Notes under the pieces: generated by a model
Databases searched by the model: none
Seen by the model: only the letters and a program-made list of their open reading frames with translations
Told to the model about the DNA's origin: nothing
Origin: Nitrosopumilus sp.
Lineage (GTDB): Archaea; Thermoproteota; Nitrososphaeria; Nitrososphaerales; Nitrosopumilaceae
Length of the DNA: 64,000 nt
Assembly (NCBI GenBank): GCA_965218785.1
Contig: OZ244650.1
Coordinates: 1,927,090 to 1,991,089, forward strand
Reading direction: 5' to 3'
Translations under genes and position numbers: made by a program
In this document: piece by piece, positions 9,390 through 18,920 of the stretch
Numbering within the stretch: position 1 is the stretch's first letter
How the letters are laid out: every line of letters begins with the position of its first letter

Positions 9390-9842
9390 CAGGACCACCG
9401 TAACCTCGCCGAGGATGATTATCTTTTTTCTCAGTTTTCGAATCTCGGATTCGGGCATCTGGTTTGACATGATCTTCTCCTCAACGTCGCTGCGGATTAT
9501 CCTGACATGGACGGCATAAATAATGACTAGGATGACAACCAGGATGATTTTGACGGTTAGAAACGTTCCATAGCTTGTTGTTACAAGAAGATCAGGCCTG
9601 CCAAACAACAGCGTGTGTGAACTGTATAGTCCAGTTACCATTAGGATAATCAGTGACGGAACAGCTATTTTGTTGAATCTTCTTCCAACGCGGATCATTA
9701 TCTGCATTCTTTCCTCAAGGGAATCAGTCATTGTTTTGAGAAGCGGCGAGAATACGATGCCAATGAAGAGTGCGCCGCCGACCCAGATTGCAGCAGAAAC
9801 CAGGTGAATCCAGGTAAGAATTGCCTGTTCCAGCGCAGCCAT
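9342..9842 (-). CDS. CopD-family/DUF4149 membrane protein
   Basis: HLVSAAIWVGG, TSYGTFLTVK, four hydrophobic helices. Confidence 0.7.
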   Translation of the reverse strand: MAALEQAILTWIHLVSAAIWVGGALFIGIVFSPLLKTMTDSLEERMQIMIRVGRRFNKIAVPSLIILMVTGLYSSHTLLFGRPDLLVTTSYGTFLTVKIILVVILVIIYAVHVRIIRSDVEEKIMSNQMPESEIRKLRKKIIILGEVTVVLSVAILFFASLLDAGV

Positions 9843-9924
9843 GGAATACGGTATTTTGGATCAAATATTATGTATTTGGATCTTAACAACGTTTTTTAGT
9901 TGTACATGGTCTGAAAGCATTGAA

Positions 9925-10440
9925 ATGGTTGCACTTCAAAGCAAAATGACAGTATATGCCGCACTAGCCGCGATGCTAGCTTTGATGGGGGGAATAATTT
10001 ACTATGCCAGCCTGGATAACGTGGATCTAGAAAAAGTCGAGATTCACTTGACGGATGTAGTATTGAGTAATGTCAACACGGTAGATAACAAGGCAGAATT
10101 TGACGTTACGTTTCTTGTAAGTAATCCAAGCGAAAAGACGTTTACAGTCTCGGTAATTCAATACCAGCTTTGGGGGGGTAACACACTGCTAGGTTCTGCA
10201 CAGTATTCCAATACGGACAGGGCACTGCCAGGCAGGGTGTTGTTTTACCCGGATGCAGAAATTCCCTTAAAGAGCACGCTTGTTCTTAGTAAATCAACAC
10301 TTGATGAAGGGGTTTATCAGAGTATCATAGACAGTGAAGGCAAGTTCTCCAAGTTATCAGCAGAGGGAAGCATCACCACCGAGTCTTCTTGGAGTACCAT
10401 TGATAAGGAATTCAAAACTGAACTTTACGCCCCCGACTAG
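9925..10440 (+). CDS. Membrane-anchored hypothetical protein (LEA/WHy-like beta-sandwich)
   Basis: N-terminal TM helix followed by V.NP.....V..I.Y.L pattern; probable start ATG 9925. Confidence 0.55.
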   Translation: MVALQSKMTVYAALAAMLALMGGIIYYASLDNVDLEKVEIHLTDVVLSNVNTVDNKAEFDVTFLVSNPSEKTFTVSVIQYQLWGGNTLLGSAQYSNTDRALPGRVLFYPDAEIPLKSTLVLSKSTLDEGVYQSIIDSEGKFSKLSAEGSITTESSWSTIDKEFKTELYAPD

Positions 10441-10692
10441 GTTCTTCAGACCTCTTGGAGTACGTTGATGGGAAATTCAAAACGAGATACTGGTTTGTAC
10501 CAAACACCGGACGGGATTTGCTGGCTTTGGTCCTTGGCCACATCTGATGAATTGGCAAAGGCAATGGTCTCACATTTGAGCTTTGATTAAATGATTTGAC
10601 TGATAATCACGTAACGTATAATGGCACATCAATTCCTTGGGTTTTATGAAACTAGTGGCAGGCAGCAGATGATTCGGCCTGAATTGATGGAG

Positions 10693-10766
10693 TGGGCCGA
10701 GAGAGATTCGAACTCACGATCACCGCCGTGTCGAGGCGGTATCCTAACCAGCTAGACTACCGGCCC
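10693..10766 (-). tRNA. tRNA-Val(GAC)
   Basis: Reverse complement GGGCCGG...CCGCC-TCGACAC-GGCGG...GTGAGTTCGAATCTCTC-TCGGCCCA forms a cloverleaf with anticodon GAC. Confidence 0.95.
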
Positions 10767-10846
10767 ATCAAAAGAAATACCGGATGCGGGATTATTAACG
10801 TTTAACAAAAGAAAGAATGAATACAAAGTAGGAATGTGTAAAATAG

Positions 10847-11557
10847 TTGAGCGAGGATTTTACTGAGGAAGAAAAAAGAGGGTTCTACAAGGCAATTTAC
10901 TCAAGAAGAGATGTAAGATCTCATTTTACCTCAAAGCCCGTAGGGGACGATGTTTTATCAAAAATTCTGCATGCCGCCCATCATGCTCCATCGGTGGGAT
11001 TCTCCCAGCCATGGAACTTTATTTTGATAAGAGACGCCGGGACAAAAAAGAGGATCAAAAAGTCTTTTGAGGAAGAAAAAGATCGTTCATCAAAATTAGT
11101 CGAGGAGCCAAAGAGATCAAAATACCTCTCATTTAAGCTCGAGGGGATACTGGAATCCCCGGTGAATATCTGTGTAACATATGATCCGACCAAATTCGGC
11201 CCCTTTGTGATCGGCAGATCAAGTATTCCAGAGGCGGGACTATACAGCGTGTGTTGCGCGATTCAGAATTTGTGGTTATCGGCAAGAACAGAGGGCGTGG
11301 GTCTTGGCTGGGTAAGCATTCTATCAAATGAAATTCTAAAGGAGGCTCTGGCACTGCCAGAACATGTTGTTCCCGTTGCATATCTATGTCTGGGATATGT
11401 CGATGAATTCGCAGAAAAACCGGATCTTGAGACTGCCGGTTGGCTGCCAAGACTTGATCTAAAGGATGTCGTATATTTTGAAAAATGGGATGATAAGGAC
11501 AATAAGGACTGGAATGCCATCAGAGATCTGATTAAAGACGGGTCGGATTACGCTTAA
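10847..11557 (+). CDS. bluB: 5,6-dimethylbenzimidazole synthase
   Basis: RRDVRSHF, AHHAPSVGFSQPW, LKLEGILESP, CAIQNLWLSARTEGVGLGWVS. Confidence 0.92.
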   Translation: MSEDFTEEEKRGFYKAIYSRRDVRSHFTSKPVGDDVLSKILHAAHHAPSVGFSQPWNFILIRDAGTKKRIKKSFEEEKDRSSKLVEEPKRSKYLSFKLEGILESPVNICVTYDPTKFGPFVIGRSSIPEAGLYSVCCAIQNLWLSARTEGVGLGWVSILSNEILKEALALPEHVVPVAYLCLGYVDEFAEKPDLETAGWLPRLDLKDVVYFEKWDDKDNKDWNAIRDLIKDGSDYA

Positions 11558-11581
11558 ATAATTAGAAATGTTTTTTCTGCT

Positions 11582-11673
11582 GGGCTTGTGGCGCAGAGTC
11601 ATTTGACGCGAAATATGGATAGCGTGGTAGCCTCCTAAGTTGCAGGTCGAGGGATCGAAGCCCTCCAAGCCCG
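11582..11673 (+). tRNA. tRNA-Arg(CCT) with ~17-nt insertion in the D-loop (probable non-canonical intron)
   Basis: Acceptor GGGCTTG/CAAGCCC; anticodon arm GTAGC-CTCCTAA-GTTGC; T arm GAGGG-ATCGAAG-CCCTC; 92 nt in total. Confidence 0.85.
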
Positions 11674-11820
11674 TCTACCTATACGATCAAAGGTGCTGTA
11701 ATCTGAGACCTAAATGAGGTTTTATTCCATTGCAAAAAAATAATTATCAAGGACCTCAATATACAAATTATCAGAATCTGTTCCCAACCTTTTTTTAGTT
11801 TGAAAATATCTTAATTCTAA

Positions 11821-12144
11821 ATGTTAACTAGAAAATATCTCATACTGTGTACAGTAATGATTCCCACTCCTCTGATTTTCTTTATTCCAGGTTTGGATGA
11901 TATTGTCGGACTCCTCACTAATGATTTTTCGCATATGGGTACATCAGCTTTACAGTATATTGGAATATTCCTCCTTGGACCAATGTCTATTTTTGCTGTA
12001 TCAGTTATAGGATTGTCATTTACCAAATTATCTAGAAATAAAATTATAATAATTTCATCATATCTAGTGGTTGCTCTTCCTTTTATTTTTGGTTTTCCTA
12101 TTTGGTTTCTTATAGGAGGTATATTGGGAGGAGGTTTTCATTAA
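11821..12144 (+). CDS. Small hypothetical membrane protein (3 TM)
   Basis: 107-aa hydrophobic ORF in AT-rich DNA downstream of tRNA-Arg. Confidence 0.55.
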   Translation: MLTRKYLILCTVMIPTPLIFFIPGLDDIVGLLTNDFSHMGTSALQYIGIFLLGPMSIFAVSVIGLSFTKLSRNKIIIISSYLVVALPFIFGFPIWFLIGGILGGGFH

Positions 12145-12379
12145 ACAGGACACTGCCGTCATTATCCATTGCCCCTATCTGAGAAATTCCTTGTGTGGGT
12201 AGATTCCCACAGGTCATCGATTTCGTCTTTTTTTCCATAATGATTTTGTTTGCCTTTTTCTTGGAAACTGTCTTTTTTCCGGCAGGGGGTATTCCTAGTA
12301 CCATCTGAATTTCGTTTTCTTCACATATAGTTACAAATAAAATTATAAAACACAGGAATGTCTTAAGAATTGTATCTTT

Positions 12380-13309
12380 ATGAGACTAGTCTGGGCGGTA
12401 ATTTCACTGGTTATGATTGGAGCAGTAGTTGGAATCTCCGAATCATTTGCAGAAGAAAAAACCTGGCATTCCGGAGAAAACCTACAACCGGGGGATTACT
12501 TTTCTTTTTATCTGTGTTCTATTAGATACAATGATTGTACGCCACTTCAAATGGATTTATGGATAGAGGCTGAAACTCTGGAAGAAGATGATTTAAATTA
12601 TAAATGGATTGCAAAAGCTATGGTTTTTGATGGATCTGAGATTGTAGAAACAGAGATGAAATTAGAATCGTTTGGTGCTGATCCACTTCATGCTACATTT
12701 AAAATAGAACCATATGTAGACGCATTTGGAGTAGTAACTGCAGTAGGTGGATTTTCAAGTCTGACACCTCCAGGGGGTAGGGATTATGGACCAAGATCGT
12801 TGGAAGTAGGAACAGAATGGCAACATGCTGGCACAGGCGGCCCGACAGGACACATCGTTGGAACCCCGATAATACAAACTCCTGCTGGCATATTTGATTC
12901 AGTGCTGTTACAATATAAACATGCAAATGCGAACAAGATTTGGATAGTTGATGAAATACCATTTCCAATCAAAGCAGACATAAGTAGGACCTTTAATGGC
13001 GTTTTCACACAGTTATACAAATTTGAATTATTAGATTACAAGAAAAATATACATGAAAATCCGTTTATCAGCAGGGTCAACCCCTCAGAATTTCGTTACG
13101 AATTAGAACGTCCGTCAGAACATGGACTGTCAGTTAAAGAACAACTAGAGGAGAAAATTTCACCACACAACATAACATGTGCAAAGAAACACATATTGCT
13201 TTTTAAAACTTACACCTACTCCCCCATGTGTGTATATCCGGATACTGGCAAAAAATTGATTGAACTTGGAATTGCAACTAGAACCACATCATCGGCAAAT
13301 TATCCATGA
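12380..13309 (+). CDS. Secreted hypothetical protein with thaumarchaeal C-terminal Cys-pair domain
   Basis: Signal peptide; WIVDEIPFPIK; C-terminal C..K.ILLFK....SPMCV.P.T.KKLIELG motif recurrent in Nitrosopumilus surface proteins. Confidence 0.7.
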   Translation: MRLVWAVISLVMIGAVVGISESFAEEKTWHSGENLQPGDYFSFYLCSIRYNDCTPLQMDLWIEAETLEEDDLNYKWIAKAMVFDGSEIVETEMKLESFGADPLHATFKIEPYVDAFGVVTAVGGFSSLTPPGGRDYGPRSLEVGTEWQHAGTGGPTGHIVGTPIIQTPAGIFDSVLLQYKHANANKIWIVDEIPFPIKADISRTFNGVFTQLYKFELLDYKKNIHENPFISRVNPSEFRYELERPSEHGLSVKEQLEEKISPHNITCAKKHILLFKTYTYSPMCVYPDTGKKLIELGIATRTTSSANYP

Positions 13310-13653
13310 ATTGATTCAGGTCAAGATTTCCAGAATCTGTGTGTTATTGTGATGGGTTACTTGACGGCTTCCCTGAATGTGGCAAAATATCAAGTTCCGA
13401 TACTGCCTCATGAACTTTTGATCGTCAATATAAATATGGATTCCGTCAGAAATAGATAGATTGCCTGGTCATCTCCAACAAATTAAAACTTGTAATGGTT
13501 CTCTTTTTATCATTTCTGATGCGCGCCAGCATTTCATTATTATCAATTCCGTTCAACTTCAATCTTGCAAAATTCATGGGTACGATTACTCTGCTAGTTC
13601 TTGCAGTGTCACTGACCGTCTGGCTGTAAGGCCGTTATCATATGGGTGTAAAC

Positions 13654-13875
13654 ATGGCTTGTGATAACGAAGCCAGGGTGCCACTCTTCTGGATACCGGT
13701 AGCACTGTGGGTAATATGGGCTATATGCATTCTAGTCTTCATTTTATTACAGTCCGGAATTTTTTTCATATTTACAATTCCCCTCCTTGTTCTGGCAGTC
13801 ACAGTATCTGCGTTCTGGTGGAGGGATCATAGTCGTAGTAATCGCCGCAATCATGACCTGCAAGAACAAACTTGA
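13654..13875 (+). CDS. Small hypothetical membrane protein (2 TM)
   Basis: Hydrophobic 73-aa ORF. Confidence 0.4.
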   Translation: MACDNEARVPLFWIPVALWVIWAICILVFILLQSGIFFIFTIPLLVLAVTVSAFWWRDHSRSNRRNHDLQEQT

Positions 13876-14106
13876 GGTCGCCAGATATTGATATTATGAG
13901 TCATCCTTGTATCGTCATTAATATGATATCATGGGCTTGGCATCATCTGCAGTCATTTCCTGTTCCAACTAGATTCTGTCATGGTAATGCCCGAGCCTGG
14001 TTCTGTGCCCCCTCCCTCTACTACGGCAAACAGTCTTTCCTCCCTCCCTCAGCCTGCCAAATTCCACATTATGGAAATTTAAATACGGAGATATGCAGTC
14101 TGAGAT

Positions 14107-14637
14107 ATGAAGGTTGTAGTTATTTCCGGCAGTCCAAGAAAAAACGCCCTTACACAGGTTGTAATGAAGCATGTTTATGAATATGCAAAATCCAAAAATC
14201 AGGATACAAAACTGATCAATCTGTCAGATGGTCAGATTGAGTGTTATCGGGGACCAGATGAGGAATATAACGAAGCTACAAAGAATGCTGCAGTAGACAT
14301 TACGGATGCGGATGTCTGGCTGATAGGATCTCCGATCTATAATTCATTTTTTAGTTCCGCATTAAAAAATTTGTTTGAATATATCAATTACAAAAAGACC
14401 GAAGGAAAGGTTGCAGGAATGGCGATTTTGGCTGCAGGGAACATCGGATTTATAGACGTCCAGACATTGATCACACAGTTGCTATCATACTTTAGAGTAG
14501 TGGCAAATCCCAAGGCCGTATTTTTAACCACCGAATCTGTTTCTGGGAATTCCGTCTCTGATGCGGATGCTCAACGCAGGCTAGAAGAGATGGTGGATGA
14601 AACCTTGAAGATTGCCTCCAAACTACAGCGGGATTAA
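14107..14637 (+). CDS. NADPH-dependent FMN reductase
   Basis: ISGSPRKNALT, GSPIYNSFFSSALKN. Confidence 0.85.
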   Translation: MKVVVISGSPRKNALTQVVMKHVYEYAKSKNQDTKLINLSDGQIECYRGPDEEYNEATKNAAVDITDADVWLIGSPIYNSFFSSALKNLFEYINYKKTEGKVAGMAILAAGNIGFIDVQTLITQLLSYFRVVANPKAVFLTTESVSGNSVSDADAQRRLEEMVDETLKIASKLQRD

Positions 14638-14896
14638 TTGGTTTGTCAACTGATTGATGAATACTTTCTGGGTTACATATCACGGTCGTTAGCATTATTT
14701 AGAAAGTTCTATTCATGCAACTCGGAAATTTGAATAGCATGAATTATTTAATAATCCCAAATTAAAAACGTGGCTGCCGTATTCTTGGAAGAGTAGTATT
14801 TTCATATAATTGCAATATTTCCCTCAAACTACCTGTGCAATTTATTCCAGTTCACCGGATTGAAAAAGACAAATAGCTACATGTGGAATGTTTGTC

Positions 14897-15016
14897 ATGA
14901 GTCTAAAAAAAGATCCGACTGAATTGTGTTCATGTAAATGCCATTTTGGCGGTGCCGTAAGCTGTCCTGGCTGCAAGGACAATCACGGCATTGTATGTTC
15001 TCATTGTGAGGGCTAG
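14897..15016 (+). CDS. 39-aa Cys/His-rich metal-binding peptide (not in ORF track)
   Basis: MSLKKDPTELCSCKCHFGGAVSCPGCKDNHGIVCSHCEG*: 7 Cys, 3 His, with CxCxC, CxxC and CxxC motifs. Confidence 0.55.
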   Translation: MSLKKDPTELCSCKCHFGGAVSCPGCKDNHGIVCSHCEG

Positions 15017-15018
15017 GA

Positions 15019-15498
15019 TCATTTGCCCCTGGTTTTTCGTTTAGAAGCTAGCATTTTGAGGTTGGCCAGCTCGGTTTTCAATGATTCAATCTGAACCAAG
15101 GTTTGCAGATTGGAAATTTCTTGATTCAGTCGCTGAATTTCACTGTCTTTTAGTTTTACAAATTCTTTTATTTCGTTTAATTCGGAGGATAACTCATTTT
15201 GAATCTGTTTTATTTCTAAAGCGGTATCACGGTTGTTTGTTGTAGTTACAACGGTCTGCGCACTATTCAAGCTTTTTTTTTCGTTATTGGCATGCTCTGG
15301 GGCGTGTTTATGGATGTAATCGGTGCTTTTCTGGGCTAGCCAGCACATCAATGTGAGAAACCACGTGATGAGAACGGCCATCAAAAATATGAAATTCAGC
15401 GCCGGTGCAAAATCAGCAAAATACGACCAAAGACCGGTCAGAACGGCGGCAAATATTCCAGTTATGATTGTTGCCAGATGATTTCTCATATATCCCAT
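15019..15498 (-). CDS. Hypothetical protein, 2 TM plus coiled coil
   Basis: N-terminal hydrophobic helices, C-terminal heptad-like Leu/Ile pattern. Confidence 0.7.
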   Translation of the reverse strand: MGYMRNHLATIITGIFAAVLTGLWSYFADFAPALNFIFLMAVLITWFLTLMCWLAQKSTDYIHKHAPEHANNEKKSLNSAQTVVTTTNNRDTALEIKQIQNELSSELNEIKEFVKLKDSEIQRLNQEISNLQTLVQIESLKTELANLKMLASKRKTRGK

Positions 15499-15582
15499 AA
15501 ATTATTTGAAAAAATCATTGTTTATAACAGTAATGCTGAAAATCAGAAAATAATATAATTAAAAATAAAAAAAGAGCCGAAA

Positions 15583-15810
15583 TTACTCGTCTGTTTCAGA
15601 GGTGGTTGTTTTTGGCGCATCAGACTGCAGAATTTCTATCTTTTGTAGTAATTCAGTCCTTAGATCTCTTGCAACTCTTCTTACAGTTGGTCTTGGGACA
15701 CCAAGTTGATCAACTACTTTGGTATAGATGTCGTGCTTGTCTGTAATTCCTTTGTCAAGATAAGAATTAATCGCTTCTTTAATTACCGTGCTTTGGTTTG
15801 TACGATTCAA
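15583..15810 (-). CDS. Small HTH-like hypothetical protein
   Basis: VVDQLGVPRPTVRRVARDL helix-turn-helix-like segment. Confidence 0.7.
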   Translation of the reverse strand: MNRTNQSTVIKEAINSYLDKGITDKHDIYTKVVDQLGVPRPTVRRVARDLRTELLQKIEILQSDAPKTTTSETDE

Positions 15811-16054
15811 TAAACTCTAGACTTTATTTGTTCTATATAAGACTATAATTTCCTGACTTTGAAAATGTCATATCAGATGAATCCTGATTTTTTTCAAAGT
15901 CGGAGAAGAATAAAAAATCCGGTCTTTAATTGTAAATTTATCAACGAAAAACGTATCGATGATATGGATATTCCAACTTACTTGAAATATTTATTAAAAA
16001 ATTTACGGGGATCTTCACAAAAGACTCTTATGATAAGATATCAGATTAATTTTG

Positions 16055-16531
16055 ATGGGTACAATCAACATAGAAACCAGTCTTGGAAAGATTTCCTTCA
16101 AACTTATACCAGAGTTGGCGCCAGAAACGGTTAGAAATTTTGAAAAACTGGCAAGAGACGGATTCTATGATGGAACTCTCTTCCACAGGGTTATCCCGGG
16201 ATTTATGATTCAGGGAGGGGATCCGAATACAAAAACCGACAACAAGGGTTCGTGGGGAATGGGAGGACCAGGATACAACATCAAGGCCGAATTTAGCTCG
16301 AGATCCCATCTGCGAGGCATGGTTTCCATGGCTAGATCGCAGGATCCGAATAGTGCAGGCTCGCAGTTTTTCATCGTAACCTCAGATAGTACGTTTCTAG
16401 ACAAACAGTACACCGTATTTGGTGAAGTGACAGATGGCATGGACATTGCAGATAAAATTGTAAATCTCAAAAGGGATGGTAATGACTGTCCTTTAGAAAA
16501 AACACAAATGACTCGCGTGACCGTGGAATAA
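16055..16531 (+). CDS. Cyclophilin-type peptidyl-prolyl isomerase
   Basis: FYDGTLFHRVIPGFMIQGGDP, SMARSQDPNSAGSQFFI, YTVFG. Confidence 0.95.
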   Translation: MGTINIETSLGKISFKLIPELAPETVRNFEKLARDGFYDGTLFHRVIPGFMIQGGDPNTKTDNKGSWGMGGPGYNIKAEFSSRSHLRGMVSMARSQDPNSAGSQFFIVTSDSTFLDKQYTVFGEVTDGMDIADKIVNLKRDGNDCPLEKTQMTRVTVE

Positions 16532-17430
16532 TGATTGGAAAAAATTTTGGGTTTTTGGCAATTGTGTTGATCATATCTGCCATTCCCGCAGTTAGCGCAC
16601 AGATTGAAATCGGTGAAAAAGCCGTACAAAGATCAGTAGAAGTCAGCATAAATCCAGCCGGGGATGTCCATGTTATACATGTCATTGATTCATCAAATCA
16701 ATTACAATATCTTGAATTGATTGAAGGTACGGTCTCAAACATCACAGTAACAGACGAACAAAAAGAAGAGATCCAGTTCATAGATGTTGGAGGTAGTAAC
16801 AGAGTATCAATTTTTCCCTCACAGGAGGATTCCATTGTCGAGTACGATCTTGAACAGAGAGTTGCCCAGACAGATGATGGAATATGGACGTGGAATTTCA
16901 GATATCTTGAAAAAACCGTCTTTATTTTTCCCGACAAAGTGGATTTGATCTTTATCGATGAACGCCCCATCTATTTCGAGGAAAAGAGGACTATTGCCTG
17001 TCATGGATGCCAGATGGTTTTAGAATACACCACTGACGAACCGAGAATTTTTGAAAACGTAAAATGGGAAGACAGGGAGTTTGTGGTGGAAATAGAAACC
17101 TATTCTGATGTCGACAAGTTTGTTTTTGATCAACCGGCAAAAAGTATTACTTTTGATGTTAATAGCAATGACAATTATGTTATTGTAGTAATTCCATTGG
17201 AGCTGTTATGGCAGCCATATGGCGTATTTGTTGATGGTAAAAAGACATTCTCCCACGAATACACCAGCAATGGAACCCATGTTTGGCTCAGCATGAAGCC
17301 AGATACGGCAGGAGAGGTAATGATTATAGGGACAACAGTAATTCCTGAATTTCCAATAATTGCTCCCCTGGCAATAGGATTTTTAACGATTCTTGCTTTG
17401 CCGTTAATAAGAAAATTCAATCTCCGCTAG
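16531..17430 (+). CDS. PEFG-CTERM sorting-domain surface protein
   Basis: Signal peptide; C-terminal IIGTTVIPEF, TM helix and basic tail. Confidence 0.85.
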   Translation: MIGKNFGFLAIVLIISAIPAVSAQIEIGEKAVQRSVEVSINPAGDVHVIHVIDSSNQLQYLELIEGTVSNITVTDEQKEEIQFIDVGGSNRVSIFPSQEDSIVEYDLEQRVAQTDDGIWTWNFRYLEKTVFIFPDKVDLIFIDERPIYFEEKRTIACHGCQMVLEYTTDEPRIFENVKWEDREFVVEIETYSDVDKFVFDQPAKSITFDVNSNDNYVIVVIPLELLWQPYGVFVDGKKTFSHEYTSNGTHVWLSMKPDTAGEVMIIGTTVIPEFPIIAPLAIGFLTILALPLIRKFNLR

Positions 17431-17596
17431 AGCCACACGAGCAAAAACCGTATTCATCAATCCTGACATCACAGATTGGGCACTTTTCCCCATAATTTAC
17501 CTCCCACGGTTCCTTTCCAAAAAGCTTGAAATGATCATCAATTTCTAATGGGATCTCCCTCTTCTTTTCCAATGGGATCTCCCTCTTCTTTTCCAA
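17417..17596 (-). CDS. Small Zn-finger protein with in-frame duplicated N-terminus (not in ORF track)
   Basis: MEKKREIP-LEKKREIP-LEIDDHFKLFGKEPWEVNYGEKCPICDVRIDEYGFCSCGSSGD* (59 aa; CxxC...CxC). Confidence 0.7.
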   Translation of the reverse strand: MEKKREIPLEKKREIPLEIDDHFKLFGKEPWEVNYGEKCPICDVRIDEYGFCSCGSSGD

Positions 17597-17598
17597 TG
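17547..17598. repeat. Perfect 24-bp tandem duplication
   Basis: AATGGGATCTCCCTCTTCTTTTCC at 17547-17570 and 17571-17594, followed by AATG. Confidence 0.95.
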
Positions 17599-17642
17599 AT
17601 TTGTATATGTATTACAACTATACAACATTATCGGAGAAAGAT

Positions 17643-17849
17643 ATGAAGGTTGAATGTGGCTGCCACTGCATAAAATGCAAAAGTACGGATCTTAAATCAG
17701 ACAGAACCGGCGAGGTTGAGGGGGACGGATATTTTGACATGCACCACACTTGTAACCGGTGCAATACGCATTTTGATCATTTAGATGGGGAGATTTTTTC
17801 TGATTGTGAAAAATGCAACTATTCTTCTTCTTCTTCTTCCTCTAGCTAG
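17643..17849 (+). CDS. Small Cys-rich Zn-binding protein
   Basis: MKVECGCHCIKC...HHTCNRCNTHFDH...CEKC. Confidence 0.75.
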   Translation: MKVECGCHCIKCKSTDLKSDRTGEVEGDGYFDMHHTCNRCNTHFDHLDGEIFSDCEKCNYSSSSSSSS

Positions 17850-18327
17850 CCACCAGCGGCGCTTTGACAAAATAATGAACCAGGCACTCATCGGAGTTTT
17901 TCATGATTTCCTTGTTTGATGCCATTTTTGCCAGGGTTTTTGACACATCTAGCGGACTTGCAGCCCAGCCGTATTCCCGAAGCTGTTCAACGGTTTGAGT
18001 GACGGTTCTTGGCAAATCAAAGAACCTGCCAGTTGTCAGAATTCTCAGCTTTGATTTGATTTCATGGGGTGCAGTATACTTTGGCTCGCTAAATTCCGGC
18101 TCGTATGCTTCTGCATCATCTAGATATTCCAAACCATGCTGGCCCGGGTCTTCAGAGCCGGATGGCCCTGCGGCAAATTCTGAATCATGGACGATCTTGG
18201 CATGATTTTCCGGCAGATGATGTGAGATATTTTCTATGATCTCGCCAATTGTCTTATTATCAACATAGAAATCTCTAGAGTCAACTTCGATCTCATTTTC
18301 TCCAAGCTTGAGTTTAATCCTTGCCAA
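17842..18327 (-). CDS. Hypothetical protein (C-terminal wHTH-like)
   Basis: 161-aa ORF, FFDLPRTV...LREYGW motif. Confidence 0.7.
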   Translation of the reverse strand: MARIKLKLGENEIEVDSRDFYVDNKTIGEIIENISHHLPENHAKIVHDSEFAAGPSGSEDPGQHGLEYLDDAEAYEPEFSEPKYTAPHEIKSKLRILTTGRFFDLPRTVTQTVEQLREYGWAASPLDVSKTLAKMASNKEIMKNSDECLVHYFVKAPLVAS

Positions 18328-18459
18328 TGATTAATTATCGCATAATTTTGATTTATTTTGTTAGCTCTAATGAGGTTTAAGATTAGATCAAAACTTTTAC
18401 ACAATTTATTGGAATTTTTTTCCTTTTTCAGTTAAAATGTAAATTTGTAGACACTAGGC

Positions 18460-18909
18460 ATGGATTCGTCTAAAAAAAGGGGTATAATCGTACTGTTTGT
18501 GCTAGGCATTGCCATCTTTGGATATTCACAGTATGCATCAGCGTCACAAATCGGGGTAAGTGTCACCCAGAGTGAGTTACTGTATGAAAATGAAGGGGGA
18601 TCAGACTATAACATAGAATTAGAGTTTCAAAACCCCTCACTACTAATACTGACTGCCGGCGAGACCGAGTTCTTCATTATTAATAATGACAGGACGGTAG
18701 GAGAGGGTCAGTTGGAACCATTCACGCTAGGACCACTAGACAGCAGTAATGTCAAAGGGACATTCCATACGGGCTCAGACGGGGACAAGGCCCAGTCCGT
18801 GAAAATTACGGGAACGACAAAGTATGATGTGTTCTTTACGTCTCTGGATATTCCATTTGTCTACTATCCAACAGAAGAGCAGGCAAGAGAATTTATACAT
18901 CAAGACTAG
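18460..18909 (+). CDS. Membrane-anchored hypothetical protein
   Basis: N-terminal TM helix, beta-rich body with F.NPS motif. Confidence 0.7.
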   Translation: MDSSKKRGIIVLFVLGIAIFGYSQYASASQIGVSVTQSELLYENEGGSDYNIELEFQNPSLLILTAGETEFFIINNDRTVGEGQLEPFTLGPLDSSNVKGTFHTGSDGDKAQSVKITGTTKYDVFFTSLDIPFVYYPTEEQAREFIHQD

Positions 18910-18920
18910 TTTTCTTTCAA

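Noticed and set aside
17547-17598. CRISPR mini-array
   Set aside because: Two abutting copies with no spacer; this is an in-frame coding duplication.
17822-17846. TCT microsatellite / poly-Ser tail
   Set aside because: A short low-complexity run at a convergent gene junction, with no evidence of function.
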